Source: Mobula hypostoma (Eukaryota). Taken from it: a DNA stretch of 64,000 nt. Location of the stretch: the NCBI RefSeq assembly GCF_963921235.1, contig NC_086097.1, positions 57,600,001 to 57,664,000 on the forward strand, in the 5' to 3' direction. Positions 25,967 through 39,119 of this stretch are shown piece by piece. Under the pieces are notes generated by a model. That model was given only the letters and a program-made list of their open reading frames with translations. It had not been told where the DNA came from and made no database searches. The stretch's first letter is position 1. Each line of letters opens with the position of its first letter. The position numbers and the translations under genes were made by a program.

Positions 25967-27535
25967 AACAGATGTTTATTTACCTTATAATTTTTGTACT
26001 GCAAGTTAGAGACTTCCATTTTCATTATAAGAAACGCTTTCAAATGGGAATAATGTAGCTTTAAGGATTTTCAATATATTTTTATTAGTTTTCCAAGCTG
26101 TGGTAAGTATTTCTTTAACAAATGCAGCAAAGGAATGTTAATGGAAGCTTTCCATAGAGCTCCCATCAGTGTCCTGTTTAAACTCTGGTGACTTCTCACA
26201 ATACCTGAAAACGTGTATGTATATATATCAGTGTGAGATTGTAGACTCCATATCAAATGCTGATAAAGGTTTATCCTGACTAAAAATCCACAATCCATAG
26301 GAACAGAACAGTCTTTTTGTTTGAAGTAGTCGAGATTGATACTGCTGTTGTCCTTTCTTGATTGACTAAGGTTATGGGCTAGTCATGTGAATGACTTGAT
26401 TGTTTCTTTGTACTGGCTTCATCTAAACCTCATCTGTTTTACATCAGTAAAACTTCACAGCCAAACACTCTGCCCTTCCTCAATCCTGACACTTGTAGGC
26501 CCCTCTATTATCAAAGTAAGAACAAAAGGACTGTTTGGGTTGGTCTTACAGTTGTGCTTTGCAGCTTGGAACTATTAACAGAAAACAAGCAACATAGAAC
26601 TTGAACCAGTGCATATTCACATTAGTTCCATATGTGCTGTGAACTCTTCCGTCAACAGGTTTGAGATTAAACACAGTGTGTTTGGGTCAACATATAAAAT
26701 CATTCAATGACTAATTGTTTTTTATATTTCAGTTCATAAGAGCTGCAGTTCAACATGCTTCTATCTTTGTTTACAACTTCCTTATTTGCTTTTGCCACTT
26801 CCTTAATTTTCTCAGACTGCACAGAGTTCAGCACAGAGCCAGGCTGCAAAGCACTGCTGATACCTCTCAACTCAGCAACAAAAAGAACACCTTGTGCAAT
26901 GAGATACATGGTCCAGGGTATGTGAAAGCATTACTGACTGATTTTTCATGATGGTGCATTGACAATTATATTAGTGGTGTTCCTTGCACTTACACAGATT
27001 GCAAAATATTGTCATTTGCTGCTTTCTGTTCTGCTCTTACCTTTAAATCTTCCACTTCTTGGTTCCTCTGGCTCGGTAAAGTTAGTTATAAGCATTCACA
27101 GTAAGCCCACAAGCTCCCACAGCAATCTCAGCTATAGTTATTCCCTGCCCTCCCCACCAACCCAACCTCTCATAAGTTCTTCATTCCTATTCTCTGTCTC
27201 CGTCTCTTTCATATCTGCTCCATGATTGGACATTCCCTACAAGTGTCTATGAGGTACCTTCCTTCTTCCTGAACTATGCTTCTGGTTTCCCCTCAAAACA
27301 GAGTCCTTGTTTGATTTCCCTCATTTCTGCCCTCATACCTCTCTTCTAGAAAGAACAAAGCTAGGATTATCCTCACTTCCCATTCCACTGTCCACTGGAT
27401 TCAGTGGATCACCCTTTGCAACCTCTGCCAATTTCAATAGTATTCCACCTCTAGAAATACATTTCCTCCTCTGACACTTCAGCATTTTTAATGGATCCAC
27501 TTTTCCACCCCTTATAATCGCACTTGCCCATCCAT

Positions 27536-28820
27536 CCATAAGAACTAGAAGCAGAATTAGGTTATTCGGCCCACTGAGTCTGTTCTGCCATTCCATCATG
27601 GCTGATTTATTATCCTTCTCAACTCCATTCTCCTGCCTTTTCCCTGTAGCCTTTGGTGCCCTGACTAATCAAACTCCTCCTTAAGTACACGCAGTGACTT
27701 GACATACACCGATGTCTGTAGCAAAAAATTGCACAGATTCACCATCCTCTGGCTAAAGAAATTTTCCCTCATCTCTGTTTTAAATGGACGTCCCTGAATT
27801 CTGAGGCTGTGCTCTGGTTCTAGACTCCCCCACTATAAGAAACATCCTCTCCACATACACTTTGTCTAGGCCTATTAATATTCCTTAGGTTTCAATGACA
27901 TTCCCCCCCCCCCATTACTTCTAAGCTCCAGTGAGTACAGGCCCAGAGCCATTTAACAGTCCTCATATGGGATCATTCTTGCAAACCTCCTCTGGACTCT
28001 CTCAAATTCTAGCATGTCTTTTCTTAGGTGAGGGGCCCAAAACTGCTTGGAATACTCCAGGTGCATTCTGACCAATGCCTTATTAAGCCTCAGCATTGCA
28101 ACCTTGCTTTTGTGTTCTAATCCTCATGAAGTGAATATTAACATTGCCTTTGCATTCCTTACGCCGACTCAAACAGCAAGTTAACCTTTAGGGAATCCTG
28201 CATGAGGATTCCCAAGTCCCACTGCACCTTTGAATTTTGAATTTTCTCCCCATTTAGAAAGTAGTCTATGCCCTTGTTCCTTCCACCAAAGTGCATGACC
28301 ATGCATTTCCCTACGTTATATTCCATCCACCACTTCTTTGCCCATTCCCCCGATCTGTCTTTCTGCAGACACCCTGCTTCTTCAACACTATCTGCCCTAC
28401 CTATCTTTGTATCATCTGCAAACTTGGCCACAAAGCCATCAATTCCTTCATCCAAATCATTGACATACATCCCAAAAAGAAGCAGTCCCAACACCAAACC
28501 CCTGCAGCACATTTCTAGTTACTGGCAGCCAACCCGAAAGGCCCACTTTTTTCCCATTCATTGCTTCCTGCCAGTCAGTCAATCTTCTATTTATTCTAGT
28601 ACCTTTTTCATAATACCGTGAGCTCTTATTTTGTTAAGCAGCCACATGTGCAGAACCTTCTGAAAATCCAAATAAATAACATCCATTGACTCTCCTTTGT
28701 CTATCTTGCCTGTTATTTCCTCAAAGAATTCCAAAAGATTTGTCAGGCAAGAAAACATTTAGAAAACCATGCTGACTTTAGCCGATTTTATCATACACCT
28801 CTGAGTACACTGAAGTCTCA
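27536..28820 (-). mobile_element. Degenerate CR1 LINE 3' part
   Basis: ORF 28159-28512 with KFADDTK. Confidence 0.88.
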
Positions 28821-28945
28821 TAACAAGCTCCAATTGGTTTTGTTCCTAACAACCTCACATGCAGTGAGTTCCAGATCACAGCCACTCCTGCACTACATTT
28901 TTTTTGCCCATCACTTTGAAATCTCTCGTCATTGAACCATTTTTT

Positions 28946-31900
28946 TTAGATTATGAGGACACGCTGTCCTCTTTTATTGTCATTTAGTAATGCATGCATT
29001 AAGAAATAGAAACCATAGAAACCATAGAAACTACAGCACAGAAACAGGCCTTTTGGCCCTTCTTGGCTGTGCCGAACCATTTTCTGCCTAGTCCCACTGA
29101 CCTGCACACGGACCATATCCCTCCATACACCTCCCATCCATGTATCTGTCCAATTTATTCTTAAATGTTACAAAAGAACCCGCATATACCACCTCGTCTG
29201 GCAGCTCATTCCATACTCCCACCACTCTCTGTGAAGAAGCCCCCCCAATGTTCCCTTTAAAGTTTTCCCCCCTCACCCTTAACCCATGTCCTCTGGTTTT
29301 TTTCTCCCCTTGCCTCAGTGGAAAAAGCCTGCTTGCATTCACTCTATCTATACCCATCATAATTTTATATACCTCTATCAAATCTCCCCTCATTCTTCTA
29401 CGCTTCAGGGAATAAAGTCCTAACCTATTCAACCTTTCTCTGTAACTGAGTTTCTCAAGTCCCGGCAACATCCTTGTAAACCTTCTCTGCACTCTTTCAA
29501 CCTTATTTATATCCTTCCTGTAATTTGGTGACCAAAACTGAACACAATACTCCAGATTCGGCCTCACCAATGCCTTATACAACCTCATCATAACATTCCA
29601 GCTCTTATACTCAATACTTCGATTGATAAAGGCCAATGTACCAAAAGCTCTCTTTACGACCCTATCTACCTGTGACGACACTTTTAGGGAATTTTGTATC
29701 TGTATTCCCAGATCCCTCTGTTCCACTGCACTCCTCAGTGCCTTACCATTAACCCTGTATGTTCTACGTTGGTTTGTCCTTCCAACGTGCAATACCTCAT
29801 ACTTGTCAGTATTAAACTCCATCTGCCATTTTTCAGCCCATTTTTCCAGCTGGTCCAAGTCCCTCTGCAGGCTCTGAAAACCTTCCTCACTGTCTACTAC
29901 ACCTCCAACCTTTGTATCATCAGCAAACTTACTGATCCAATTTACCACATTATCATCCAGATCATTGATATAGATGACAAATAACGATGGACCCAGCACT
30001 GATCCCTGTGGCACACCACTAGTCACAGGCCTCCTCTCAGAGAAGCAATTCTCTACCACCACTCCCTGGCTTCTTCCATCGAGCCAAAGTCTAATCCAAT
30101 TTACCACCTCTCCATGTATACCTAGCGACTGAATTTTCCTAACTAACCTCCCATGCGGGACCTTGTCAAAGGCCTTACTGAAGTCCATGTAGACAATATC
30201 CACTGCCTTCCCTTCATCCACTTTCCTGGTAACCTCCTCGAAAAACTCCAACAGATTGGTCAAACGTGACCTACCATGCACAAAGCCATGTTGACTCTCC
30301 CTAATAAGCACCTGTCTATCCAAATGCTTGTAGATTCTGTCTCTTAGTACTCCCTCCAATAACTTACCTACTACTGACGTTAAACTCACCGGCCTATAAT
30401 TTCCCGGATTACTTTTCGATCCTTTTTTAAACAACGGAACAACATGAGCCACTCTCCAATCCTCCGGCACTTCACCCGTAGACAGCGACATTTTAAATAT
30501 TTCTGCCAGGGCCCCTGCAATTTCAACACTCATCTCCTTCAAGGTCCGAGGGAACACTCTGTCAGGTCCCGGGGATTTATCCACTTTAATTTTCCTCAAG
30601 ACAGCAAGCACCTCCTCCTTTTTAATCTGTACAGTTTCCATGGTCTCACTACTTGATTCCCTCAATTCCATAGATTTCATGCCAGCTTCCTTAGTAAATA
30701 CAGACGCAAAAAACCTATTTAAGATCTCCCCCATTTCCTTTGGTTCCGCACAAAGCCGACCACTCTAATCTTCAAGAGGACCAATTTTATCCCTTACAAT
30801 CCTTTTGCTCTTAATATACTTGCAAAAGCTCTTTGGATTATCCTTCACTTTGACTGCCAAGGCAACCTCATGTCTTCTTTTAGCCCTCCTGATATCTTTC
30901 TTAAGTATTTTCTTGCACTTCTACACTCCTCAAGCACCTGATATACCCCCTGTTTCCTATACATTTCATACAACTCCCTCTTCTTCTTTATCAGAGTTGC
31001 AATATCCCTTGAGAACCAAGGTTCCTTATTCCTATTCAATTTGCCTTTAATCCTGACAGGAACATACAAACTCTGCACTCTCAAAATTTCCCCTTTGAAG
31101 GCTTCCCACCTACCAATCACATCTTTGCCAGAGAACAACCTGTCCCAATCCACGCTTTTTAGATCCTTTCTCATTTCTTCAAATTTGGCCTTCTTCCAGT
31201 TCAGAACCTCAACCCTAGGACCAGATCTATCCTTGTTCATGATCAAATTGAAACTAATGGCGTTATGATCACTGGAACCAAAGTGCTCCCCTACACAGAC
31301 TTCCATCACTTGCCCTAATTCGTTACCTAACAGGAGATCCAATATTGCATCCCCTCTAGTTGGTCCCTCTATATATTGATTTAGAAAACTTTCCTGAACA
31401 CATTTTACAAACTCTAAACCATCTAGACCCAATGATACAATGTTCCTCCAGTATGATATCACAGAAACACAAGACAGACCAAGACTAAAAAAACTGACAA
31501 AAACCACATAATTATAACATATAGTTACAACAGTGCAAAGTAATACTGTAATATGATAAAAAACAGACCACGGGCACGGTAAAAAAAGTCTCAAAGACTC
31601 TCGAAAGTCCAGTCATCTCACGCAGACGATAGAAGGGAGAAACTCTCCCTGCCATGAACCTCCAGCGCCGCAAACTTGCCGATACAGCACCCTGGAAGCA
31701 CCCGACCACAGCTGACTCTTGAGTCCGTCCGAAAACTTCGAGCCTCCAACCAGCCCTCTGACACCGAGCACCATCTCTGCCGAGCGCTTTGACCCTGGCC
31801 CCGGCAACAGGCAATAGGCAAAGCCGAGGATTCAGGGCCTTCCCCTCCGGAGATTCTTGATTGTACAGTAGCAGCGGCAGTGAAGCAGGCATTTCAGATG

Positions 31901-32017
31901 TTCCTCCGTGCTTCTCACGTCTGTCTCCATCAAATCAGGATTGTGCACGGTACCTACTTAACAAATATCGATATCATTTTGGAGCGGCCGCGCGCGCTGC
32001 GTCGTGCCGCCATCTTC
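28946..32017 (-). mobile_element. Non-autonomous GC-rich element, split by CR1
   Basis: Minus strand starts AAGATGGCGG and ends AATAAA..cataatcta. The two halves join across the CR1 at aat. Confidence 0.55.
29008..31430 (-). mobile_element. Young 5'-truncated CR1 LINE (endonuclease C-terminus plus RT)
   Basis: 548-aa ORF 29088-30734; upstream GSSDHNAI endonuclease motif; (TTTCTATGG)n tail. Confidence 0.96.
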
Positions 32018-32526
32018 TCCTCCCCTCCTTTGCTTATGGAAACAGCTTTTCTCTCTATGTAGGATTTTAAATAACGGATCATGAATCATTAAAGTACTAG
32101 AAATTCTAAGTGGGAATACTTTGTGCTAATTGCTCCATTTTCAATTCTGTTAGTAATTTTTCAAAAGCTGAAGTGTAACTTCAATTACATTCATTCATGG
32201 GCTGCACAGGTGTCAGGCATTCCCATGCTTAATCATCTATAAGTGACTTGTTACTGATGTCCTCTTCACCCAAGTCTTCCATCATCAACATCCTGAAAGG
32301 GGTCACCACTGACCAGAAACTCATCTGGTCAGCTGTGATCACATAACAACCCTCATAAATACTGTGGCTATAAAGATCAGATGAGAGCCTGAGCATCCCG
32401 TGACAAATGACTTGCATTACCTTTCCATCATCTACAAGGTTCAAGTCAAGAGCTGGATGAATGTAGTTCCTGCAACACTCGAGAAGCTCAACAACACCCA
32501 GGACAAAGCAGTTTGCTTTACTAGTA

Positions 32527-32753
32527 AACAACAGGAATTCTGCAGATGCTGGAAATTCAAGCAACACACATCAAAGTTGCTGGTGAATGCAGCAGGCCAA
32601 GCAGCATCTATAGGAAGAGGCGCAGTCGACGTTTCAGGCCGAGACCCTTCAGTTAGTCCTGACGAAGGGTCTCGGCCTGAAACGTCGACTGCGCCTCTTC
32701 CTATAGATGCTGCTTGGCCTGCTGCGTTCACCAGCAACTTTGATGTGTGTTGC
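32527..32753. mobile_element. Palindromic PLE-derived mini-element 2
   Basis: ~90-bp inverted arms; TSD ttgctttactagta at 32513-32526 and 32754-32767. Confidence 0.92.
32655..32690 (+). ncRNA. Minimal type-I hammerhead ribozyme motif (GUC site)
   Basis: agtc-CTGACGA-agggtctcggcct-GAAA-cg-TC-gact. Confidence 0.78.
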
Positions 32754-34159
32754 TTGCTTTACTAGTACCACTTATACCAACTGAATCATTTCCTTCCACC
32801 ATTGACAAATCATGACTAAACTGCACCATTTGTAAAATTCACTGGACTTATTAGTCAAGACACCTCCTATAGCAGCTCCCATATTGATGATTCCTACCAC
32901 TAAGTATGACAAAGGTAGCAAATGTATGGAAACACTAACATCTCCAGGGTCACTTCTAAGTTTTACGACATCAGGACTTCAAAATAAAGCATCACTACTG
33001 CTTTATCATCAATGATTCTAAATTCTGGAACATGCCAGTTAGCAAGACCTTCACTACTAGGGTTGCAGTATTGCAAGAAAGCTGTCTTCTCAAGGGTAGA
33101 TAAGGATGTACAATAAATATTTAACATTCCCATTTATATTCTGAAAAATTACTTAAAACATATTAGACTACATAATACAATTTATTACTGCGTAAATGCT
33201 GTAATACCTATTATCTGGTATTTGTAGCTGGACAGACCTTGAAGGAAGTGGTATGTAAGGGTGAGAGCAAAAGAAATTGTGTTTTTAACTTAGAAGTTTC
33301 TTAATTTTTAAAGGCTTTGAAAGGTGATTTGGAACTGGCCAAATTTAGTAGTACCAGCATTGCCCCCAATCCTTTGCAAAGATATATTAATTAGCTATAA
33401 TGTGCACTAAAGAGAGAAAGCTTGATTCTGGTTGACACAGTGAAACAAATTTGAGCAAGGCCAGAAATGAGCAAAGGATGTATGGTCAAGGAAGAGCCAG
33501 CTGGAGTACCTGTCGATTTGTATTGGATCTGGATCATTTATGGATCCAGCGATTGAAGTATTTAAACTGGTATGTGAGGGGAGAAAAGGAAAGCAGACGA
33601 TTTTGATCTTTCAGAGATTTCCAGTTCCCTGTCTTAACACCTTGATTAGATCAAGAGGATGTTGGAGTAGAACACTATTGTAAGCTACCAAGAATGAGCT
33701 GTCCACAGTCTATAATTATATTCTGATATTTATGGTAGCATTTGCAATTCCCAGGTAAACTGCTGGAATAGTGTTAAAATCTCACACCCACAACCTCATA
33801 GTATTTTTTTATTGAGCTTTTTCTTCCAAGAAATAATACCAGTTCTTCCTGTTTAATTTTGTAGTTTAAATCCCTCATGCCTGGAACTGATCCATTAAAA
33901 TTTTACTGCACCCTCTCTCAACATTTACATCTTAAATTCCGGTAGTGACAAGAATGAGGCATAGGACACCAGCTCAGGCATAACTTATCTGATTTCTTTG
34001 CTTTCAAATTGATATTAGTTTGCACAAATATTCTCTGTTGTTAACTCTTCAACAGTAATTCCAATAATGTTAACATAATTGTGATCAAATGTTTTATTGC
34101 TTAAAGGCATAGACAAAAAAATCACATTTCATAGATTAACTACTTCTAATCTGGTGAAT

Positions 34160-35017
34160 GGTCAGGGACAGAGCAATGTGCATCAGCAAGGGAGATGAGG
34201 TTGAGTACAGGGCTACGGTAGGAAACTTTGTCACATGGTGTGAGCAGAATTATCTGCAGCTTAATGTGTAAAAGACTAAGGAGCTGGTGGTAGACCTGAG
34301 GAGAGCTAAGGTACCGGTGACTCCTGTTTCCATCCAGGGGATCAGTGTGGACATGGTGGAGGATTACAAATACCTGGGGATACGAACTGACAATAAACTG
34401 GACTGGTCAAAGAACACTGAGGCTGTCTACAAGAAGGGTCAGAGCCGTCTCTATTTCCTGAGGATACTGAGGTCCTTTAACATCTGCCAGACGATGCTAA
34501 GGATGTTCTACGAGTCAGTGGTGGCCAGTGCTATCATGTTTGCTGTTGTGTGCTGGGGCAGCAGGCTGAGGGTGGCAGACACCAACAGAATCAACAAACT
34601 TATTCGTAAGGCCAGTGATGCTGTGGGGATGGAACTGGACTCTCTCATGGTGGTGTCTGAAAAGAGGATGCTGTCTAAGTTGCATGCCATCTTGGTCAAT
34701 GTCTCCCATCCACTACATAATGTACTGGGTGGGCACAGGAGTACATTCAGCCAGAGACTCATTCCACCGAGATGCAACACAGAGTGTCATAGGAAGTCAT
34801 TCCTGTCTGTGGCCATCAAACTTTACAGCTCCTCCCTTGGAGGGTCAGACACCCTGAGCCAATAGGCTGGTCCTGGACTTATTTCATAATTTACTGGCAT
34901 AAATTACATATTACTATTTAACAATTTATGGTTCTATTACTATTTATTATTTATGGTGCAACTGTAACGAAAACCAATTTCCCCCTGGGATCAAAAAAGT
35001 ATGACTACTACTACTAT
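34160..35017 (+). mobile_element. Rex1/L2-like LINE 3' part
   Basis: ORF 34287-34865 (YKYLG..SRLYFLR) and (TAC)n tail. Confidence 0.9.
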
Positions 35018-35019
35018 GT

Positions 35020-37345
35020 GACTGCAAAAGATGAAGGTGAGTGATTCCAGAGGAGCTTCAGTCTCATCCGATAGGTATAAGGCTCCTGCTCCTTGTGTGG
35101 ATGAGGGTGGAGGCTTTTGAGAGGATGTGCAAACATGGCACAGGGGGTTATTCATGTGGGGAGGGGGAAGATAAACATAGCAGGCACAGTTAGGGAACAG
35201 TTAATGTTCCTGTCACAAACACAAAGTCCCAAAAGTTGTGTCACTTGCCTGGTACTAGGATTAAGGACACCTCATGTTGGCTGAAGTAGAACTTGGAATG
35301 GGAGGGGGAGGATCCAGTGGTACTGTTTCACATAGGCACTAATGATAGATAGGAAAGAGGTTCTGTTGTGGAGCTCAGGGCAAAATTGAAAAGCAGGACA
35401 ATAAGGGTGATTGATAATTTCCAGATAACTACCTGAGCCACATGCAAATTGACAAATGGTAAACAAGAATAGAGAAGTAAATGCAGGGCTCAGAATGTGA
35501 TGTGATAGAAAATAGTCTTCAGGTTAACGGATCAATGGCACCATTGGTGGGGAAGGAAAGAGCTGTTTTGTCAGGATGGACTTCATTTGAATCATGCTGT
35601 GGCTAGTATCCTGGCAAATCTTGTAGGGCACAATCCTAATCATTACAGCTCAGCAGCACTGTGACCATTTTGATAATTTTGCACTAAAATTGACTTCTAA
35701 TTGTGTTCTTTCTTCTAAAGTTGTGTACAGTTATGTTTGATTTCTGGGTCTTGTGAATGTTGCCCATGATGCTGCTGCTAGTAAGTTTACCTTTGCAGTA
35801 TGCATACTTAACGGGAGGGGTAGGGCTTCAAAGAATGGGATTTGTAATAAATCAAGAGGTTATGTGAGATTGGAAGCATAGGATAATAAAGGGAAAAATT
35901 GACGAGTAAAATGTGACAGACTGGGCAGAAATAAAAGAATGTAGTATGGAACAAATCCAGAGTTTAAAAACTGTAAACAAAGCATCCATGCTTATATTTA
36001 GATACACACTGCATTTACAATTATATAGATGAATTGACAATACTGATATCAACTTGCATGTATGATCTAATAGCTACATATATTGGAGATGTAATTGCAC
36101 AGTGAGTAGGACTCAATATTCCAAGTTATTTAACGCTCCAAAAGAATGGGTCATAAAGCAATGGAGGCAAGGTAGAGTTGTTCATCCAAGAATACATCAC
36201 AATGGCATTGGGTTGTGATTTAGAGTCGGGAATGGTAATATATAGTCAGATTGGGTTGAAATCATGAATAGCAGAGGAAAGAAGACACAAATGAGAGTCG
36301 TCTACAAGCTCCCAAAGTGTGACCTCTTCAAAGGGTGAAGTATAAATGAGAAGCAAAGGCCACAATATGATAGTATTCCTGGTTTGAGACTGAACATCAC
36401 AAGACCAAAACCACTGCCTTCATTTTAAATAAGCGCAATGTCTCAGGTGGACTGGGAAAATAAACCAAGAGACAAGTCAGTAAATGAACAATGTCAGATA
36501 TTCAAGTAGCTAATCCATTAGCCTCAGCAGGAATTGATCCTAATTAGTTCAAAGAATTCCACAAGAAAGGTGTACAATCTGTGGTTAACAAAAGAGATCA
36601 AAGATCATGTTAAATTGAAAAGTGCAGCATAGAAAATGGAAAAGGATAGTAGTAAGCCACTGGGCTGAGATTTTTTTAGAATCTTGCATTGAAAGTCCAA
36701 AAGGTCATCAGAAGGGAAAACAGTGACTTTGAGAGAAAACTTGAATGTCATATTGAAATAAACAGTAAGAATTGTTGTGGATATATAAGTAAGGAGAAGG
36801 TGGCCTAGGCTGGTGTGCTATATTTAGAGACTGAGCTTGATGGATTAACAGCAGTAAGCAAAGAGTGGCAAATATGTTACATTTTTACATCACCATGAGG
36901 AGAGCTACAAATATGCTAATAATAGCAGAAGGGCTATAACGTATAGGGAGGAACTTGTGAAACCACAATCACGAGGGAGAAACTCATGGAGCTGAAGGTA
37001 GTCAATTTGCTTGGACCTGATGACCCATACCCGGAGGTTTTAAAGGAAATGGCTACAGGGCAGTGGACCTATTGGTAGAAATTTTTCAAACTTGCTAGAT
37101 TCCATGAAGATACCAGATGATTGTGAAATAACCTATGTGACTCCCTTGTTGAAAAAGGGAGGGAGACAGAAGCTGGGGAACTATAAGTCAATTAGTTTAT
37201 TTTCTATTGTTGGCAAGGTGCTGGAGTCAATAATGAAAGAAAAATTGCTGGTCTTTTAAGAAAGGTGAATGTAATCAAATCTGGTCAACAGAGACATGTG
37301 AAAGGTAAATGACAAATTTGCTCTAATTCTTTGAATATGTGGTTT
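35020..37345 (+). mobile_element. Old, heavily decayed CR1 LINE (ORF1 to RT start)
   Basis: Remnants VVLFHIGTND near 35318 and PLLKKGGRQKLGNY near 37143. Confidence 0.7.
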
Positions 37346-37799
37346 AAAAAGATAAAGCCCAGGAACTGGTCCTTCAGTTCAAATCATCTATGCCAATCAA
37401 AATAAACACCTAGACTCTAGTTTCATTTCTCTGTATTTAGACCATGTCCCTCTAACCCTCCTCTATCCATGTACTTGTTCAAACATGTTTTAAACAGTTT
37501 AATTGTAATTTGCCACTGCCATCCTGTGGCAGCTCGTTTCATATATTTACCATTCTCTGTGTGAAAACTTGCCTTCAGATTCCCTTTAAATATTTCCCCT
37601 CTCACCTTAAATCTAGGCCTTCTAGTTTGAGAATCCTCTACCCTAGGAAAAAGCCTGTGACTATCCAATCTATACCCCTCATAATTTTATAAACTTTGAT
37701 AAGGTGACCCCTTCAGTCTCATTTGTTCATGATAAACCAATCCAGCCTACTTAATCGCTCCTGATAACTCAAGTCCTCCAATCCAAGCAACATTGCTGT

Positions 37800-39078
37800 A
37801 ACACACATCAAAGTTGCTGGTGAACGCAGCAGGCCAGGCAGCATCTCTAGGAAGAGGTACAGTCGATGTTTTGGGCCGAGACCCTTCATCTGGACTAACT
37901 GAAGGAAGAGCTAGTAAGAGATTTGAAAGTGGGAGGGGGAGGGGGAGATCCAAAATGATAGGAGAAGACAGGAGGGGGAGGGATGGAGCCAAGAGCTGGA
38001 CAGTTGATTGGCAAAAGGGATATGAGAGGATCATAGGACAGGAGGCCCAGGGAGAAGGAAAGGGGGGAGGGGGGGAAACCCAGAGGATGGGCAAGGGGTA
38101 TAGTGAGAGGGACAGAGGGAGAAAAAGGAGAGAGAGAGAAAGAATGTGTGCATATAAATAAATAACGGATGGGGTACGAGGGGGAGGTGGGGCATTAGCG
38201 GAAGTTAGAGAAGTCAATGTTCATGCCATCAGGTTGGAGGCTACCCAGACGGAATATAAGGTGTTGTTCCAACAACCTGAGTGTGGTTTCATCTTCACAG
38301 TAGAGGAGGCCGTGGATAGACATATCAGAATGGGAATGGGATGTGGAATTAAAATGTGTGGCCACTGGGAGATCCTGCTTTCTCTGGCGGACAGAGCATA
38401 GGTGTTCAGCAAAACAATCTCCCAGTCTGCTTCGGGTCTTGCCAATATATAGAAGGCCACGTCGGGAGCACCGGACGCAGTATATCACACCAGCCGACTC
38501 ACAGGTGAAGCGTCGCCTCACCTGGAAGGACTGTCTGGGGCCCTGAATGGTGGTAAGGGAGGAAGTGTAAGGGCATGTGTAGCACTTGTTCCGCTTACAA
38601 GGATAAGTGCCAGGAGAAAGATCAGTGGGGAGGGATGGGAGGGACGAATGGACAAGGGAGTTCGCATTGGGAGCGATCCCTGCAGAAAGCAGAGAGAGGG
38701 AGGAGGGAAAGATGTGCTTAGTGGTGGGATCCCGTTGGAGGTGGCGGAAGTTACGGAGAATAATATGTTGGACCCGGAGGCTGGTGGGGTGGTAGGTGAG
38801 GACCAGGGGAACCCTCTCATATCCCTTTTGCCAATCACCTGTCCAGCTCTTGGCTCCATCCCTCCCCCCTCCTATCTTCTCCTATCATTTTGGATCTCCC
38901 CTTCCCCCTCCCACTTTCAAATTTCTTACTAGCTCTTCCTTCAGTTAGTCCTGATGAAGGGTGTTGGCCCGAAACGTCGACTGTACCTCTTCCTAGAGAT
39001 GCTGCCTGGCCTGCTGCGTTCACCAGCAACTTTGATGTGTGTTGCTTGAATTTCCAGCATCTGCAGAATTCCTCGTGT
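37800..39078 (-). mobile_element. Penelope-like element (GIY-YIG) with an inverted terminal-repeat copy, inserted in an old CR1
   Basis: ORF 38195-38521 GVIYCVRC..LYIG; TSD caacattgctgt at 37788-37799 and caacattgatgt at 39079-39090. Confidence 0.92.
38947..38982 (+). ncRNA. Minimal type-I hammerhead ribozyme motif (GUC site)
   Basis: agtc-CTGATGA-a-gggtgttggccc-GAAA-cg-TC-gact. Confidence 0.75.
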
Positions 39079-39119
39079 CAACATTGATGTGAATCTTTTC
39101 TGCACCCTCATCACCCTCA

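Noticed and set aside
29088..31430. Potentially active or domesticated CR1 ORF2
   Set aside because: 5'-truncated, with a frameshift and a stop upstream of the 548-aa frame. A young dead copy.
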